Positions 25,353 to 38,985 of a stretch of 64,000 bases of DNA are shown in pieces (within the stretch, counting starts at the first letter, position 1; each line of letters opens with the position of its first letter). Source of the stretch: the human T2T-CHM13v2.0 reference genome, Homo sapiens. Location of the stretch: assembly GCF_009914755.1 (NCBI RefSeq), contig NC_060928.1. The stretch is one strand, 5' to 3'. The notes below the pieces were generated by a model. The model did no database searches. It worked only from the letters and a program-made list of their open reading frames with translations, and was not told where the DNA came from. Position numbers and translations under genes: made by a program.

Positions 25353-28099
25353 GGCATTTACCTAGAGAATCTGCTCCGATATAAGGCTGGCTAATTTCTG
25401 GATGGTGCACTCTGAGCAGGTTGAATCTGTAAACTTCACTCTTGAGCCTTGGCCTAGTGAATCTGGGACTTTTGGGTGTTCTCTCCTGTCCAGCACAGAA
25501 CAGTGAGGGGAGCTGACTTGGTTGTCACAGGACCCTACTTGTCATCCTGAGCAGCCACTATTTGATTCCCTTCTATGTCTGAGTATACATAGACCCTGCC
25601 TGTCACTAAGACTCCACCACACAGGGATGCTGGGCTGCTGATCAGCTGGTTACAGGAATCAGTAGGCTTTTGGGGGGCAGTGGTTGTGGAATTAAAAGAA
25701 CAGGGCTTTGCTGGGCCTTTCTCCATGTAATCCATACAGAGACGTTTGAACCTCCAGAATGGGGTCTTGGGGGGGGCTCAATGAGACCAAGTCTGACCCT
25801 CACCCCCCATCCTGTGAGTCAGACCAGGAAGGACCTTTAGTGACAGACTCCAGTAGTTTATCCCATAAACATAGGGTTGCTGCTATTGGGAGAAATCCTT
25901 GAATGTCCTCAGTGTGAACAGCCTTCAGTAGTAAGCACTCATCCCGCGACATCCTAGGGGATGCAGACGGAGAAAAAAGGAACATGGGAGAATGTGGGAT
26001 GGAGCTGCCTTGGGGGACAAACTCCAAAGGCCAGGACTGCAGGACCATCTGGAATGGTCCCATCCCTTCAGAGATGGTTATCCAGTGTGAAGATCCTTAT
26101 GGAAAAGCTGTCTGCTCTCCTATTCTGAGGGAAAACCTGAGTCCCACCCAAAAAACTCTCCCCATGCAACACGTGGTAAACGTGAGTGAGCCCTCACCAG
26201 CACCCTCACTGGAGGGCAACATGGAAGGCAAGCCACGTGGGATGCCCTCTTTCAGTTTGGACTCAGTAGATCGTGCTGGGGTTTAACGTGTTCACCTCTT
26301 GTTTGCTGTAAGTTGGATTAGATTTAGTTCTTCCTGCATGATGGCAGTGAAGATCGCATTAGATCGATTGCCTCTGAAAGCTATGCCCCACTGGGAGGCA
26401 ATCTTCATCCTTCATGGCCCCTTAGATGGGCTAAGAATCCTCACATTCAGCGTGCCGCACTCGCTCTGCAGCAGGTTGTACAGAAGGCAGGAACAAAGCT
26501 GGGACTCTGGGAGTTGGATGTGGGCAGCCTTGGGACTTAGTGGTCAGGTCTGTGAGTAAGGGGACAGTGGTTGTGCTGGTAAGAGTAAGGCAGAGCTCCA
26601 TTGCTGTGCTTTAAGCTCCAATTCTTTGCCAGTGCTTTGCAAGACTATCTCAAATGTCAGTTAAGGCTGCTGGAAGGAGATGGTCTAGGAGAGGTGTGGG
26701 GATGGACACAAGGTGGCCTTGGAAGAGCAGGGACCTGCCCCAGCTTTCCTTCTTACTCAGGATACATGGTTTGTCTGCCAGTATCCTTGTTCCAAATGTG
26801 ACCCGATGTTTGCAAGTCCAAAGAAGTGGTGGGAAGACAAGAGATCCAGAAACACAAATGAGTCCAGCTGCAGGCATCTGGATCCCACCAGCTTGAAAGG
26901 CTTGAGTGAAATGTTCAGCCTCTGAACTGTCATCCTCCTTGAAGACCTTGGGTGGAAGGAGAGCCCCAGACAGTACTTAGGGCCCTGAGGACACCACAGC
27001 CAGGCAGAGCCAGTGGGGAGCAGTCAGTTCAGCACAGAAGTGGCCAGGACCACCGACACCTCTAACAAGGTTAGAATTTGGACCGCGATGGGACGAGCTC
27101 AACTGGAGTCTTGCCCTGGGAGAGCTGGGGCACCTGGGCAAGAGGGGCAAGCTGCTGCCTTCCCATTTCACTTAGGAAATGCCTCCACCCACCCCCATCC
27201 ATGCCCTCTGGAGTCTTAGTGTTCGGGTAGGCTCTGTGCTGAGCCCGCCTACCCTCATGTGAGTTGGTGACTGAGACTGAGCTGATGCCAAGCTGTGCCC
27301 TTACCAGGCCTCACATGGGAACGTGTTCTGGAATTGAGGAACATAATTGCTGGAAAACCTGGACTTCTGGCCTACTGTGGCAATGAGGGCCTGAGGCAGG
27401 TGGACACGGGGGCTCTCTAGGCAGGGCAGCTGCTAGCAAAGGGATGCAGTGGTGGGGGGTACCACCAAGGGGCAGGACCTGTGTTCCTGAAAGGGACTTC
27501 ACTTTTCGGAGTTACTAAACTTGAAAAACGGGTGCTAGGTCTGCTCAGTTCTGGGGTGTAATGGGATATATTTCCCCATGGAATGATATGCTAGTGAACA
27601 TGTTATGTAGAACCAAGACATTCCTGGTAACCTGGCGGAACATGGACAAGACTAAGATGTCCTATGTGACCCTGATCTCACTGGCAGTACATAACTGGGA
27701 ATATCACACCAGGACGAGTCCGGCACTCAGCCCATTGTGGGAGGGGATGACTGTCCTGTGGGGTGCTCAGGCCTGGTTGGTAGCCTTGCTGCCCCCATTT
27801 GTGAAACACATAGGCTGGAGTTCTGAAGCTAAGCGGGGGTTCTTGCTCACTTCCTGTGGAATCCTGATGGGTGAATGTAGCGTGGGCGTGGGCTTGTAGA
27901 CCTTCAGGGCTTCCTGAACCTGCCTGGGAAAGGGATAAGTGATAAGCTCTGTTATCTTTTGGTGTACTGCCTGATGTCTTGGAGTGACAGTCCATGACCG
28001 ATGACGTGGTGGTTTGATAACCAAGAAGGGTATCTTTGGGTGGTGCTGGCCAGCTGTCTGGGGTTGGGAGTGCTGGGGGCATCATGGCAGGTCTTGGGG

Positions 28100-28375
28100 G
28101 TAGCATCCCAAGTGATGTAGCATCCCAAGTGATGTAGCATCCCAAGTGATGTAGCATCCCAAGTGATGTAGCATCCCAAGTGATGTAGCATCCCAAGTGA
28201 TGTAGCATCCCAAGTGATGTAGCATCCCAAGTGATGTAGCATCCCAAGTGATGTAGCATCCCAAGTGATGTAGCATCCCAAGTGATGTAGCATCCCAAGT
28301 GATGTAGCATCCCAAGTGATGTAGCATCCCAAGTGATGTAGCATCCCAAGTGATGTAGCATCCCAAGTGATGTAG
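28100..28375. repeat. Perfect minisatellite, 17-bp unit gtagcatcccaagtgat, ~16.2 copies
   Basis: Directly visible. Produces the repetitive ORFs at 27678-28458. Confidence 0.98.
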
Positions 28376-31300
28376 AATTTTTCCCACTTGTGCCTGTGTG
28401 CATTTAAAGTGAGATGCCTTGGAGCCTGAGGGGGGTGGGTGTGGGGCAGCTGCAGCATGACTAAGGTGTCTGCTGAGCCCAGGGGATGTCCTAATCTAGA
28501 AATCTTGCTCTGGGCATGCAGATGCCTAGGTCCCTAAAACTGACAGCTCGTGGTCTAGGGCTTGGATGGCCCCTTCCCATGAAGGATATGAAGCCAGCTC
28601 ATGATGCTGAGAAAGACCCCCTTCTAGGCAGATTCAGGTGAGATTTTTCCTAAGGCAGACAGGCTAGGTAGAAACATCAGGAGGCCACTTGCCTAGCTCG
28701 GGAGAGGAACCTTGGCAGGAGCCCAAGCCTGTCATCACGGGAAACATGACAATCTCCATTATGCCCTGAGCATAGTCAGAAGTGAGGAGACTTGGTGCCT
28801 GTCAAGTTTCCAACAATCCCAGCAGCCTTGAAGTCTGCTATATTACATTAGTTACTTCCAGTGCTGCTTCCTGGTCTGTTCTTGTGGTCCTTAACTTGGA
28901 TCAAAATTTTCAGGCTTCCAGGGAGAGTTGCCTTTATCTCCAGCCAACTTTCTAGGCTGTGCTGCAGACTAGGAGAAGCATTCTCAAGGTGGTCCTCGGT
29001 GTTGAGGAGAGAGGGGCTTAAACACAGGATGCAGCGGGAATCCCATCAAAGCAGGTCTTTCCTGGAACTTGCACCCTATCCCCTATTATGCAAGGATTGC
29101 CATGTGAGTGACCTTGATTCCAGCTTTCTGGTTTTTCTCACCTGGTGAATGTCAGAGTTGTACCTTGTTAAATGTAGTTGCTGCTTGACTGGGAGCTCAA
29201 GGCTGGGAGAGTGTATTGCTGAAGACTTGTTTTTGTCTCAGTGTTTAGGATCTAAAAACATCCCACGACTATTTCTGGAGGTGTTGAGGGTTTAGGGTTC
29301 AGTCTCTTATGAAGTACAGCCGAATAACATACTAGATCCCAGGATTCCAAGTATACCAGGGTGACGATTCAAATGACCAGGGACTCATGGGAGGGGCTGT
29401 GTTCCTCTGGTCATCTTTCATGGTGGACAGAGTCCTCAATGGAGGGCCATCAAGAGCTGACTCATCTACCTTGAGTGGGATGAGGTTATCAGCTCCTGGG
29501 TGACCACCTGTCTGTCTGGGATGTTCCTGGATTCCAGACCCCTGCTGATCCTCTTCTCAGTATGCAGTCCATCTCAAGACCACCAGGAAAAGGTGATGGG
29601 AGTGAGGAGGGGAGGGGAGGAGGGGAGGGGAGGGGTGGGTCACAGATTTGGCCCTCAGAAGAGGGGGCAAATGACTCACAACTTCGATACCCAAGCTCCA
29701 GACTTAATGACCTTGATCCTGAGGTGGCTATAAACTCACCAGCTGTCTGTCTTCCGGCTGAACTGATCTTAAGACAGGAATTTCATCTCTTCCATAGGGT
29801 ATCTATACTACTTAAATGGTTTCATCATAGTGGCTTTGCACTGACTTCATAATCGCATGTAGATTCCTGAAGATACTTCATTCATGCCAGCTCCAGCCAC
29901 TAGTCTTCACTGGGCTTGGCTTTAACTCCATGCCTTTCGCCTGACCTCTTACATCAGACTGGGGTGTTCAAGCTACATCCATGGAGATACTTAATTCTCT
30001 ATGGCAACAGAATTGGTATATGGGTGAAGGTGGTGGTTATTCATGGGCTTTCCTTACTGTGTGGCCACTGGAGGCCTGAAGCTGTCCACAGATGTCCCTG
30101 AGCTACTAGATGGGGCTCTTATTTGAAGGTTGTTCCGGGATGTTGCCAAAGAGAATAGAGGAAGGCGGCACACCGTCAGTGTGGTCTTTGTACCAATGGG
30201 GTTACTGTAGTCTGTTGAATACCCTGTCATCAGATAGGATTAACCTTGGCCTTGTTTGCTGTCCTCACTCGAGATACTACTGCAGTGACTGAAAGGAAGT
30301 GAGGTTTTCTTCAACCCTTTCTTCCCTTGCAAATCTCAGTGGAGCCTGACCTGAGGTATCCATGGCCAAGAGTTCCTATGCAACCTTAGGGTTGGAGAGG
30401 ATGTTAGTCCCTGGTCTGATGGACCCACCAGGGGCTGTCATCCTGTGTGCCTGCTTCCTGTCTCAGGGGTGTTCTTACCCTCAGCAGTTGGGTGTTCCAT
30501 GGAATGTACTCGGGTCCTGCCAGACGAATTCCCAACAGACCACATCCCACCTCACTCTGAACATAAAGGGCACGTGCTTTGGAGACTGGCATGCCAGGAT
30601 TTTGAGGCGGCCCCTCCCTAAGGTTTCAAGATTTTGGGGTGTTCTTCGTGGATGCTGTTGCCATTCACTACCTTTGGAGGTAGACAAATGATGCCCGAGA
30701 ATAATGGAATGGGTCAAGAGCATGCAGGCCTAAGATGTGGGGAGGTGGCTCTTGGAACTATTATGCCGACCTGTCTCCAGAAGGAGCCTTCTGGATGTCT
30801 TGGTCCTCCTGGTATCTGAGCACTTCTTGCCTCTGGTTGTGTGGCCTCGAAGGATATACAGCAGCCCATGGGGAGTCCCTGCTGGGCCCTGGGGAATGTA
30901 GGCTCCACAGCTCCTCTGCCCTGGGCTAGGTCCTGTCATATGTCAGGTTTTGCTTAGATTTCTTTGCAGTTATGTTCTAGGTATAGATGTCTTGCTCATG
31001 TTACCTGGACCTGAGTTTCCTGGATCTGGTTTGGCGTCTGTCACTAATCTTGGAAAACTCCTGGTTAGCATTACCTCAAATACTTCCCAGATGAGGCAGG
31101 ACGGGTCAAGAGAGCGGGAGCTTATGTTCCCATGTCCAGGTTGGTTGGGCCTGGGTAAAGTAGCCCACAATCCTTGTTAGGGAGAGTCCTGGGTATATTT
31201 CAAAATAGTTTTCCTTGCCAGAGGCATGAGATTCTTCCATCCTCAGTTGAGACTAAGTGTGGGGCTCTTGGAAATAGCCCAAGTCATTTCCGTCCCTGGA

Positions 31301-31654
31301 GCCTGAACTCCTTTTGACTACGTTGAGCCTATACTCACTTTCAGATAGTCAAAGCTGTTCCTGCAGGTACTTTTCCCTGCTGGCTGTGACAGGGTCCTCT
31401 TGTCTGGCTCTGTACTTCCTGGGCAGTGGCTTGCCCTGTTCATCTTTGGCTCTTGAGAATGGTTTACTTACGGGTTGGTTCAACCTTTTTCTAGTCAAGA
31501 GGGGGATGAATTCTAAGCTCTACAAATATCAGACAGTAACCCTCGTCTGGAAAATTTCCTGCTGATCACATCCCGGTGGGTTTCCTCTTCAGCCGCGTCA
31601 TCACCAAGTAGGTGAGCTGCGTTTTCCAAAGTATTATACTCAAATGAACCTAAA

Positions 31655-32125
31655 CAAAACATTTCTATTTCAACCATGTTGAATTTTATAATCGGTGGCA
31701 TTAATCGCATTTACAATGTTGTGCACCTATCACTTGAACTAGTTCTTCACCCCACCAAAAACTGCAACCACTAAGCAGTAATGTTTTCCTTCTCCCTTCA
31801 CCCCCAGTCACCTCCAATCTACTAGCTCTATAAATCTGCCTACTCTACATATTTCATAAGATTATAATCATCTGTCTGGTTTTTATCAGTTTCCATCCAC
31901 GTTGTTGCGTATCACAGCTTTTGATTAACAATCCTTTGCATGGAGATGTCAGTTTCTTCTTGGTATTGACGTTGGGTTGGCTTCCGTGTTCTGGCTGTCA
32001 TGAATAGCGTTGCAGTGAACATTGGGCATATGAAGGTGTTTGCTTCAATCCCTGTTTGCAATTATCTTGGGTAAAAGTGGAACTGTTGGATCATATGGTA
32101 ATTCTTAGGTTTTTGAGGTACTGCT
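31655..32125 (-). mobile_element. Old L1 (L1M/L1MB-type) 3' end fragment
   Basis: catttacaatgttgtgca, ctccaatctact, ctgcctactctacatatttcata, ggctgtcatgaatagcgttgcagtgaacatt and ggatcatatggtaattc match an L1M 3'UTR/ORF2 end in reverse. Confidence 0.8.
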
Positions 32126-33352
32126 TCTGGAGGTGGTTCTAGCTGGAAGACTTATTCCTGAGGCTGCTGAGTAAAATCCCCTATCACATCTACACTCCAT
32201 GTGGCGATTACATGATTGAAATTAGAAGGGAAGGTGGGGTTATCTGCTTCACAAGCCTCCACCCACATTGTTCAGGTGTGTTCTGACTTCATGGTAAGAC
32301 TCAATCGTTGGTAACAAAATACCTTAAAGGATCCATCAGTCCTCAGATCTGATACCTCAAGGATCAGACTTGAGAATCAGGTCCTAACTTGGCCATGAAT
32401 TCTCAGATGTCCTTACTCGGTGACTTCAGATTTTGACGCGGATGATTATCCAGTGGCAAACAGAACAGGCTGAGTCTACTCAGTGTCTCTCATTACTTAC
32501 GACCCTCATTTCTGCACTGAACAGGTGGCACCTGGCTTCACTAGACTTGGAGTTTCTGGGGAGTGTGCAGTTTCCTTAGCTGTTCCTAAGCCTGGAGTGG
32601 TTCTCTGATGCTTATCCTTGTGATTCTTGGATCTTTCCCGGCCTCGTCAATCCTGGGGGTGGGGGAGTCTGTTTTCATCCCACTCCTCAAAACTTTTGAG
32701 TGCTCTTAGGTGTTATTAGTGACCAGTGGTGTTACAGGCTTATCTTTCTTACAGAAGGAGGGTGTCTCTAAAATATGTGGGTGGAGGCCTCTCGACACCC
32801 TAACTCCCCTAGACTGACACTCTGGGGGTCCCAGGAGCATCTTGGGTGGTCACCTTCAGCCTGACAGGCAGCTGCTACTAGAGGCAGGATGTCCTAAACA
32901 TGGGAGCTTCTTAGAAACAGGCCCCCTCTCCTGGTGGCCACCCCTGGGTAAGAAGCTCCATGTGCTTATCTGAAGGTGCACAGTGGGTCCACGAGGATCA
33001 GCCATGTGGAAGAGGGGGAAGGTTCCTATGGCCTGTTGACTTCACCCTAGGACTGACTATGGGGTGCCCTTAACGCTCCTGGGCATGTACCCCTCCTGTA
33101 GACCAGAGTGTCTCCAAAGAGTTGGTATCTAGCACTCTTCTGGGAGGCTTGAAGACTTGCAGAGCGCTTCTGAATTGGAATATGCTCCTATAGAACTCAC
33201 AAGACTGTCTTGAACTGAGGGGGAAGGGGCTGCCAGTCCTTGTGCTAGGATGTCCCATGGAGATAGACTGTTGGCAGGGAATGTGAAGAGGACTCGGCCT
33301 CTTGCCCTTGCCGAAGGGGGGGGCATTTGGGCCCCACAAATGGTAACTTCCG

Positions 33353-33513
33353 TCCAGCCTCCCTGCGCGTCTCCAGCCTCCCTGCGCGTCTCCAGCCTCC
33401 CTGCGCGTCTCCAGCCTCCCTGCGCGTCTCCAGCCTCCCTGCGCGTCTCCAGCCTCCCTGCGCGTCTCCAGCCTCCCTGCGCGTCTCCAGCCTCCCTGCG
33501 CGTCTCCAGCCTC
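33353..33513. repeat. Perfect CpG-containing minisatellite, 19-bp unit tccagcctccctgcgcgtc, ~8.5 copies
   Basis: Directly visible. Absent from the paralogous position (~49660-49690). Confidence 0.98.
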
Positions 33514-36124
33514 AGCTCCAGAATTGTGCAGTCAAGGGCCAGTTGCTGGGGGCTGGGCTCTGGTTCTGCTTGTAGGGATGGGTTGGCTGGGGCAGGGCTA
33601 TGAAAGCAACTTGCAAGCAAACCAGGATTTTCTTTATCAGGATCATCTGATACATCAGGCCTGCTTTTCTGAACTTGCAATAGCATGAATTGTGACTGAA
33701 GAAAACCTGTGAAGCATGAACTCAAACATGGCTTTATCAGACTGAAATTTCTCATCTAAGCCCAATGGCAGTGGGTTTGACAACTGTCTCCTGGCTGCTT
33801 GTTCCTTTCATCTGCTTGACTGTCTTAGTGCCGTAAAGATGAAGCCATTCTTGTACATTGAGCTGTCAGAATTCTGAAAGTGGTATAGGCTTTCAAACTG
33901 GCCCATCTTTACTTGCTCATACACCTTGGAAGGGAAAGTGTGAATACCTGTCTCCACATATCCATTTTAATTTGTAACCTAAGGAAGATGTCTAAGCATT
34001 GACATCTGCTTCATGATGAATTCTAAAGGTTCTCTTAGAAACACTTAGACATATGCACTGAGCTGCTTAAAAGCAAGTCCTTAATTTGGTCTACATATCA
34101 CGTTGCCGACTCAAGTTTGGAAATTCTTTTGGCTTGAGACTCCAGAAAGACCCAGTAGCAGGGTGTGCTGGATGAATATCGATGGGGGAAACCAGGAGAA
34201 ACACCCTCGGAAAGATGGAAGAACGGGTTCAAACTTGCTTAGTGTTCAGTTACTGGTAGTTAGCACTTGTGCTGCTCCTGAAATAGCTCAGCAGTCTGAT
34301 TGTACTTGGAGGTGAATGAGCCACCCAGCTTCCCAGGAAATGTGGATAGAAGTCCTGGGTGCCTGGAGGGTGGGCTCTGGGACACCAGGATAAAGGGATC
34401 TGATGGGAATGCTGGACCATGGACTGGGGATAGGGGGAGCTGTCCCAGGGAAGTGACTCTGGTCGGGTTCTTCGGTATACTTCAATCAATGCCTGTCTCT
34501 CACAACTGACCTTTTTGTTACTCCTTCCCCCACTAGCATAACCGTACATAACTTCCCTTGAACCACCATTTACTAAGAGCTATTACATCAGGAAACAGGC
34601 AATTCTGTGCATAGTGAACCTCTAAAGATAGCCACAGAGGCAATAACTCCTCTCCTGACCTCTTGATGGTAAAAGGGAGTCTTCCAGGCTGAGCCCCTGG
34701 AGGCGCTGCTCTGTGACCCGTGTCTGTCACTGTGCCCCTTCTGAGCCACAGCCTGCTACCTATGCTGATTGTGTGGCCCTGCCATCCCTTATTCGAAATT
34801 CAAGCTTGGCTCACTTTCTAACAGGTTGTCTGTGCCCCCTTTCCCAGAAGGGTTGACTTGCAAAGATTCACATCTTTGTCACGGGCACAGGACCTCCCTG
34901 GGGGAGGGGTGGGGGTTGTCAGACTGTCAAGCTCCCAAGCAGATTTCCTTGTCTTGATGTGCTGCCTCGTGGCCACCAGGTGGGGACGCCAAAGGACTCC
35001 CCTCAGCCAGTGTCCAGGATGGAAAGAAAGCCCCTAGCGCTCTGGGGACTCAAGGATGGATCTTAAGGATGGCACTGGGGAGTCTATCTTATTGTCCTTT
35101 AGAAAGAGGGGCTTGTATCCTGAGACACAGGCAGTGACTCCCACTTGGGAGTGACATCACTGAGCCACGAGAGACTGGCACCTTGGCCCATGTGAGCCAG
35201 AGCTCCACACTCGGGTGTCTGTTTCCTGGGTTAGGGGCTCTGCTGAGTAGAAATGCATTTCCTTGGTCTTGTTGCATGCATATCTCAATATTAAGTGACC
35301 TCTGGCACAGGTGTTTCACATTCTTATTCAACATGTTAATTCAGAAACATAGGAGCCAGGATTGTAAAATCTCACTTGGCAAAGGCAGAAGTAAACATGC
35401 AGTAAAGGGGTGGTGACTCCAAGTGATCATATTCGAGTTTGTGTGGCCATCCATAAGGTAGTTGCCACACTTGAACTTGGTTATGAATCTTTTAGTGTCT
35501 ATAGGGCTAGATCACAAAATCTCGACTTCGACTGACTGTCCACACCACTGGCTTCCAGTAGTGATCTGAATCAAGTATAAATAGTTACTGACACCTCTGA
35601 TATATAAAAGATTAAGCATGCTGCACAGTGGCCCACACCTAGGTTTCACTTCCCAGGCTCTTGCAAGGATCTGGGTCTTTCTATCCAGAGTTCCCCTACT
35701 GTTGGTCTAAATCTCTGAAGACTTGAGTTCAACTTGCCAGGCAGCTGGTTTTGCTTGGAAGACTATCTTTACATCAGATCCAAGCATGGGAGGTTTGGCT
35801 TGGAAATTCAATCAAGATTCCATGGGTGAGACCTCCTTAGAAGCCTGAGGGGCAAGGTGTTGGGAATCCTTGCCAAGAATTTGGCAAACAGCTGTAGGCT
35901 GATATCTCACTGACTGCCTGAGGGCACCATAAAAGGATCCTCAGGTGTGAGGACAAGTGAGCAGTTGACCAAGTCAAGGGGGCAACAAGAAACTATCCAG
36001 ATAGTCTCTGCAGAATGTTTGGGAATGCCTCTGGCCACTTGCCGTTCTATCTAAACATACTAGCTTTCTCTCCCTTAACTGAAAATCCAAAGTGTCAGTG
36101 ACCGACCACTCGCATAATGGTGGC

Positions 36125-36536
36125 TATACTAGTCAGGGTTTCCTAGAGGAACAGAATAGGATGGATACACACATATAAAGGGGAGTTTATTAACTTACAC
36201 AACCATAAGATCCCCAATAGGCTGTCTGCAAGCTTGAGGAGCAGAGCCAGTCCAAGTCTCAACTGAAGAACTTAGTCCGATGTTTGAGAGGTTAGGAAGC
36301 ATCCAGCATGGGACAAAGATGTAGGCTGGGGGTCTAGGTCAGTCTCACCGTTTCATTTTTCCTGCCTGCTTTATATTTGCTGGCAGCTGATTAGATTGTG
36401 CCCAACAGATGAGAAGGGTTGGGTCTGGTTTTCGCAGCCCACTGACTCAAATTTTTATCTGGCAACACCCTCACAGATATACTCAGGAACAATAGTTTGC
36501 CTCCTTCAAGTTGACACTTCAGTGTTAACCACCACA
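36125..36536 (-). mobile_element. MLT2A (HERV-L) solo LTR
   Basis: tatactagtcagggtttcctagagg...aataggctgtctgcaagc...caagttgacacttcagtgttaaccaccaca is an essentially complete MLT2A in reverse. Confidence 0.88.
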
Positions 36537-36629
36537 ATGGTTAATGCTGTGGCAAAGTGACAATATCTATGCGTACCATAAATTATCCCACCCAGTAGCA
36601 AATTCTGCAGGGCAGCTCCTCTGGAGACT

Positions 36630-37080
36630 ATTTTTCCCCCCTCCCGGAAGGCTGTAAACTGAGAGAACTTTGAACAAATTCCCAACATAGCAGCCCGCAT
36701 CATTTCAGCATGTCTTTTAACGCTGATTGCTTTTCACCTTCTGGCAGTTTCCCAGGCTCTGGGGTTTAGTAGGCACATCCCCTTCACATCAGGATCATCT
36801 CCATGCTCATACCCAGTCTTTGAACCAGTTCCTGGCAATCAGCTTTCAGCTCAGGGCTTTGAGCTGCAGATGCTCCGTCGTCCTCTCTCTCCTGAGCAGG
36901 TGAAGAATCTTGACTTGGAGTTGGTGGTTCCACTTCTTCAGGTGGTTCATGACTGAACTGCTTGGGCAGAATAGGCCAGATCACCTTAGGTTGTACAGAT
37001 TGTATTGGTCGAGGCTGATTGATCTTCCTCACTGACTCATTTCACACAGATGAGTCTCAGTAAAGGAGTCAACCGCCGGA
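36630..37080 (-). pseudogene. Processed pseudogene of the GAGE/PAGE cancer-testis family (PAGE1/GAGE-like)
   Basis: ctgtgtgaaATG at 37040, then intronless PRPIQSVQPKVIWPILPKQFSHEPPEEVEPPTPSQDSSPAQEREDDGASAAQSPELKADCQELVQ. Continues (frameshifted) KTGYEHGDDPDVKG...EGEKQS, stop ~36717, GAGE-type 3'UTR (GAAATGATGCGGGCTGC...TTTACAGCCTTC) and a decayed tail. Has an early in-frame TGA and frameshifts. Confidence 0.92.
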
Positions 37081-38603
37081 ATGTGACAGCATATCCTCAC
37101 AGCTCCCCAGGACACTTTCTTGGTGTTGATTCTGCCTCTCAAACTTAACTCACTGTGATGTCCAAACTTTGAAAAGGGAGCCTACTGATACTCATGGAGG
37201 GACAGGCATGCAGGGGACCCGTGTGCAGCGTCAGAAGGTGTGAGGCTGCCTTGTCAGTGTGGTCCCCATCTTTGTGCTAGTAGCTGCTTCTCGCCAAGAG
37301 CCAAAGTTCTTCCAGGTTGGTAGGGGAGGAGGCAGTGCTGAATCTGACTTCCCAGCTTGGACCACGTTACATCCACTGACACTCATGGCTCATGGTGGTT
37401 GTGTGGTTGAATTGTCTGGAAAGTATATGCACTAAATTAGGAATACAAAAGATCTACGATTTAAGAAAAGGGAAGCTGTCCCATCATAATTGAACCTGAC
37501 AATTTTGCCAGTCCAGCAGGGAGCTTTGGAACAAGATAATCCTCAATTTGAATCCCACATTAGGTGGAAATGGCTCAGCTCAATGTTGGCTTGGGGCCAC
37601 CCCAAAAGGAACATGAGCTAACAGCTAGAGCCCTTAGTAGGTAAGCATGCTCACAGCCAGACAGTTCTGTGAAGGTGGTGTGTGACATGTCAGATCTGCA
37701 AGTGATGGGCAGCTATGGTTTCAAATCGGGTTTGTAAGGACTGTCATTCTAAGATGTAGTTGATAGTCACTGTATCTTCTGCCAACTACATCACAGCTGG
37801 CCAACACTTGACTGGTTTATGTGACCAAAGTCTTTTGTTCCTAAGTGGTCTGAGATCCTGGTCTGGTCAGGTTATGGCCATTGTGAAGCCTAGCCACTGG
37901 GAAGCTCCAAAAAGTGCCCTAGTGACTCACCCACATCCCATATACTTTCCTCCATGTATCAGCAACCCCTGATCTCCAGGCAAAGGAGCTCAGAATAACC
38001 TGGTGGCACTGCTTTTGTTCCCTGGTGGAAGTGTCTAGGACTGCAGTGTCTTAGCCTGCCAGAACTAACCTTGCAGGGATGGAACATGAATGGTCTCCCT
38101 CCTGAGTCATTGTGGGTTGTGAGGGAGAAATTTCTCCTTGGATCCAGACCTATACTCTTGCTACTAGATAAATAGTATAGGACATCTGCCCAAAATACTG
38201 CAACACAAATATGCTAGTTCCAGACTGGGTTTCTTGTTAGCAAACTGCCTCAACTGCTGGTGAACCAAGGGTAGGCTATGGAAGAGGCCATCACAAGCCA
38301 GTCTTCTTTCCCCCTTGAGCCAGGTTGGGTCGGCTGTGGAATAGTTCATGGAGATGGTGCAGTTGAGCTCTTGGAGGTGCTGAGTCGAGACTGGAAGAGT
38401 TTGTCTAAAACGTGTAATAGATTTAAAACCTGTGAAAAGGGGAAGGAAGCAGGATCGGGCAGAGGTCAGACTAGGATGTAAAGCTTGACTGAGCCTGTCG
38501 GGGAGCTCCAGAGGCAGCATCTCATTAAGGTGGTTCCAGGTCACAGATGGGTAGGACTGCTGGTTTGGCTAGTTCATGGCTGTGGGCTGCCCTTGGACTG
38601 ACT

Positions 38604-38681
38604 AAGGCTGGCAGACTACTCCCTACTGAGCAGCATGTTGTGAAGGCTGGCAGACTACTCCCTACTGAGCAGCATGTTGTG
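38604..38681. repeat. Perfect 39-bp direct duplication
   Basis: aaggctggcagactactccctactgagcagcatgttgtg x2. Confidence 0.95.
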
Positions 38682-38838
38682 TCTTGAATAGGGATTGGGT
38701 GGTGGATTTGTCTAAGGGATGGTGGCTTTATGGAGGTCTTAATTGAAGTCTGTTACAGGTCAGGACCATGGAGTGGATGGCTGTCAATGGGCCTATTCTA
38801 GGAGCGCTCGGGTGGCCGAGTTACACCTGGCTATAAGT

Positions 38839-38985
38839 CATCCCGTGCACCTGACTAAATGCATCCCGTGCACCTGACTAAATGCATCCCGTGCACCTGA
38901 CTAAATGCATCCCGTGCACCTGACTAAATGCATCCCGTGCACCTGACTAAATGCATCCCGTGCACCTGACTAAATGCATCCTGTG
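38839..38985. repeat. Perfect minisatellite, 23-bp unit catcccgtgcacctgactaaatg, ~6.3 copies
   Basis: Directly visible. Confidence 0.97.

Larger units (their letters stand above)
32600..38520. repeat. Copy A of an ancient local duplication (paralog at ~48780-55500)
   Basis: Colinear anchors: ggcagctgcta..agaggcaggatgtcctaaac 32867/49148; ggataaagggatctgatgggaat 34388/50604; ggagcctactga 37177/54165; ttggcttggggcca 37586/54576. Confidence 0.88.

Noticed and set aside
24776-33755. Repetitive-peptide ORFs (SLGRVHVSHW..., WDATSLGMLHH..., QPPCASPASL...)
   Set aside because: They are translations of minisatellites, with no splice signals or homology.
25090-38985. Regular short repeats as CRISPR arrays
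   Set aside because: They are head-to-tail with no unique spacers, there are no cas genes, and the DNA is eukaryotic.
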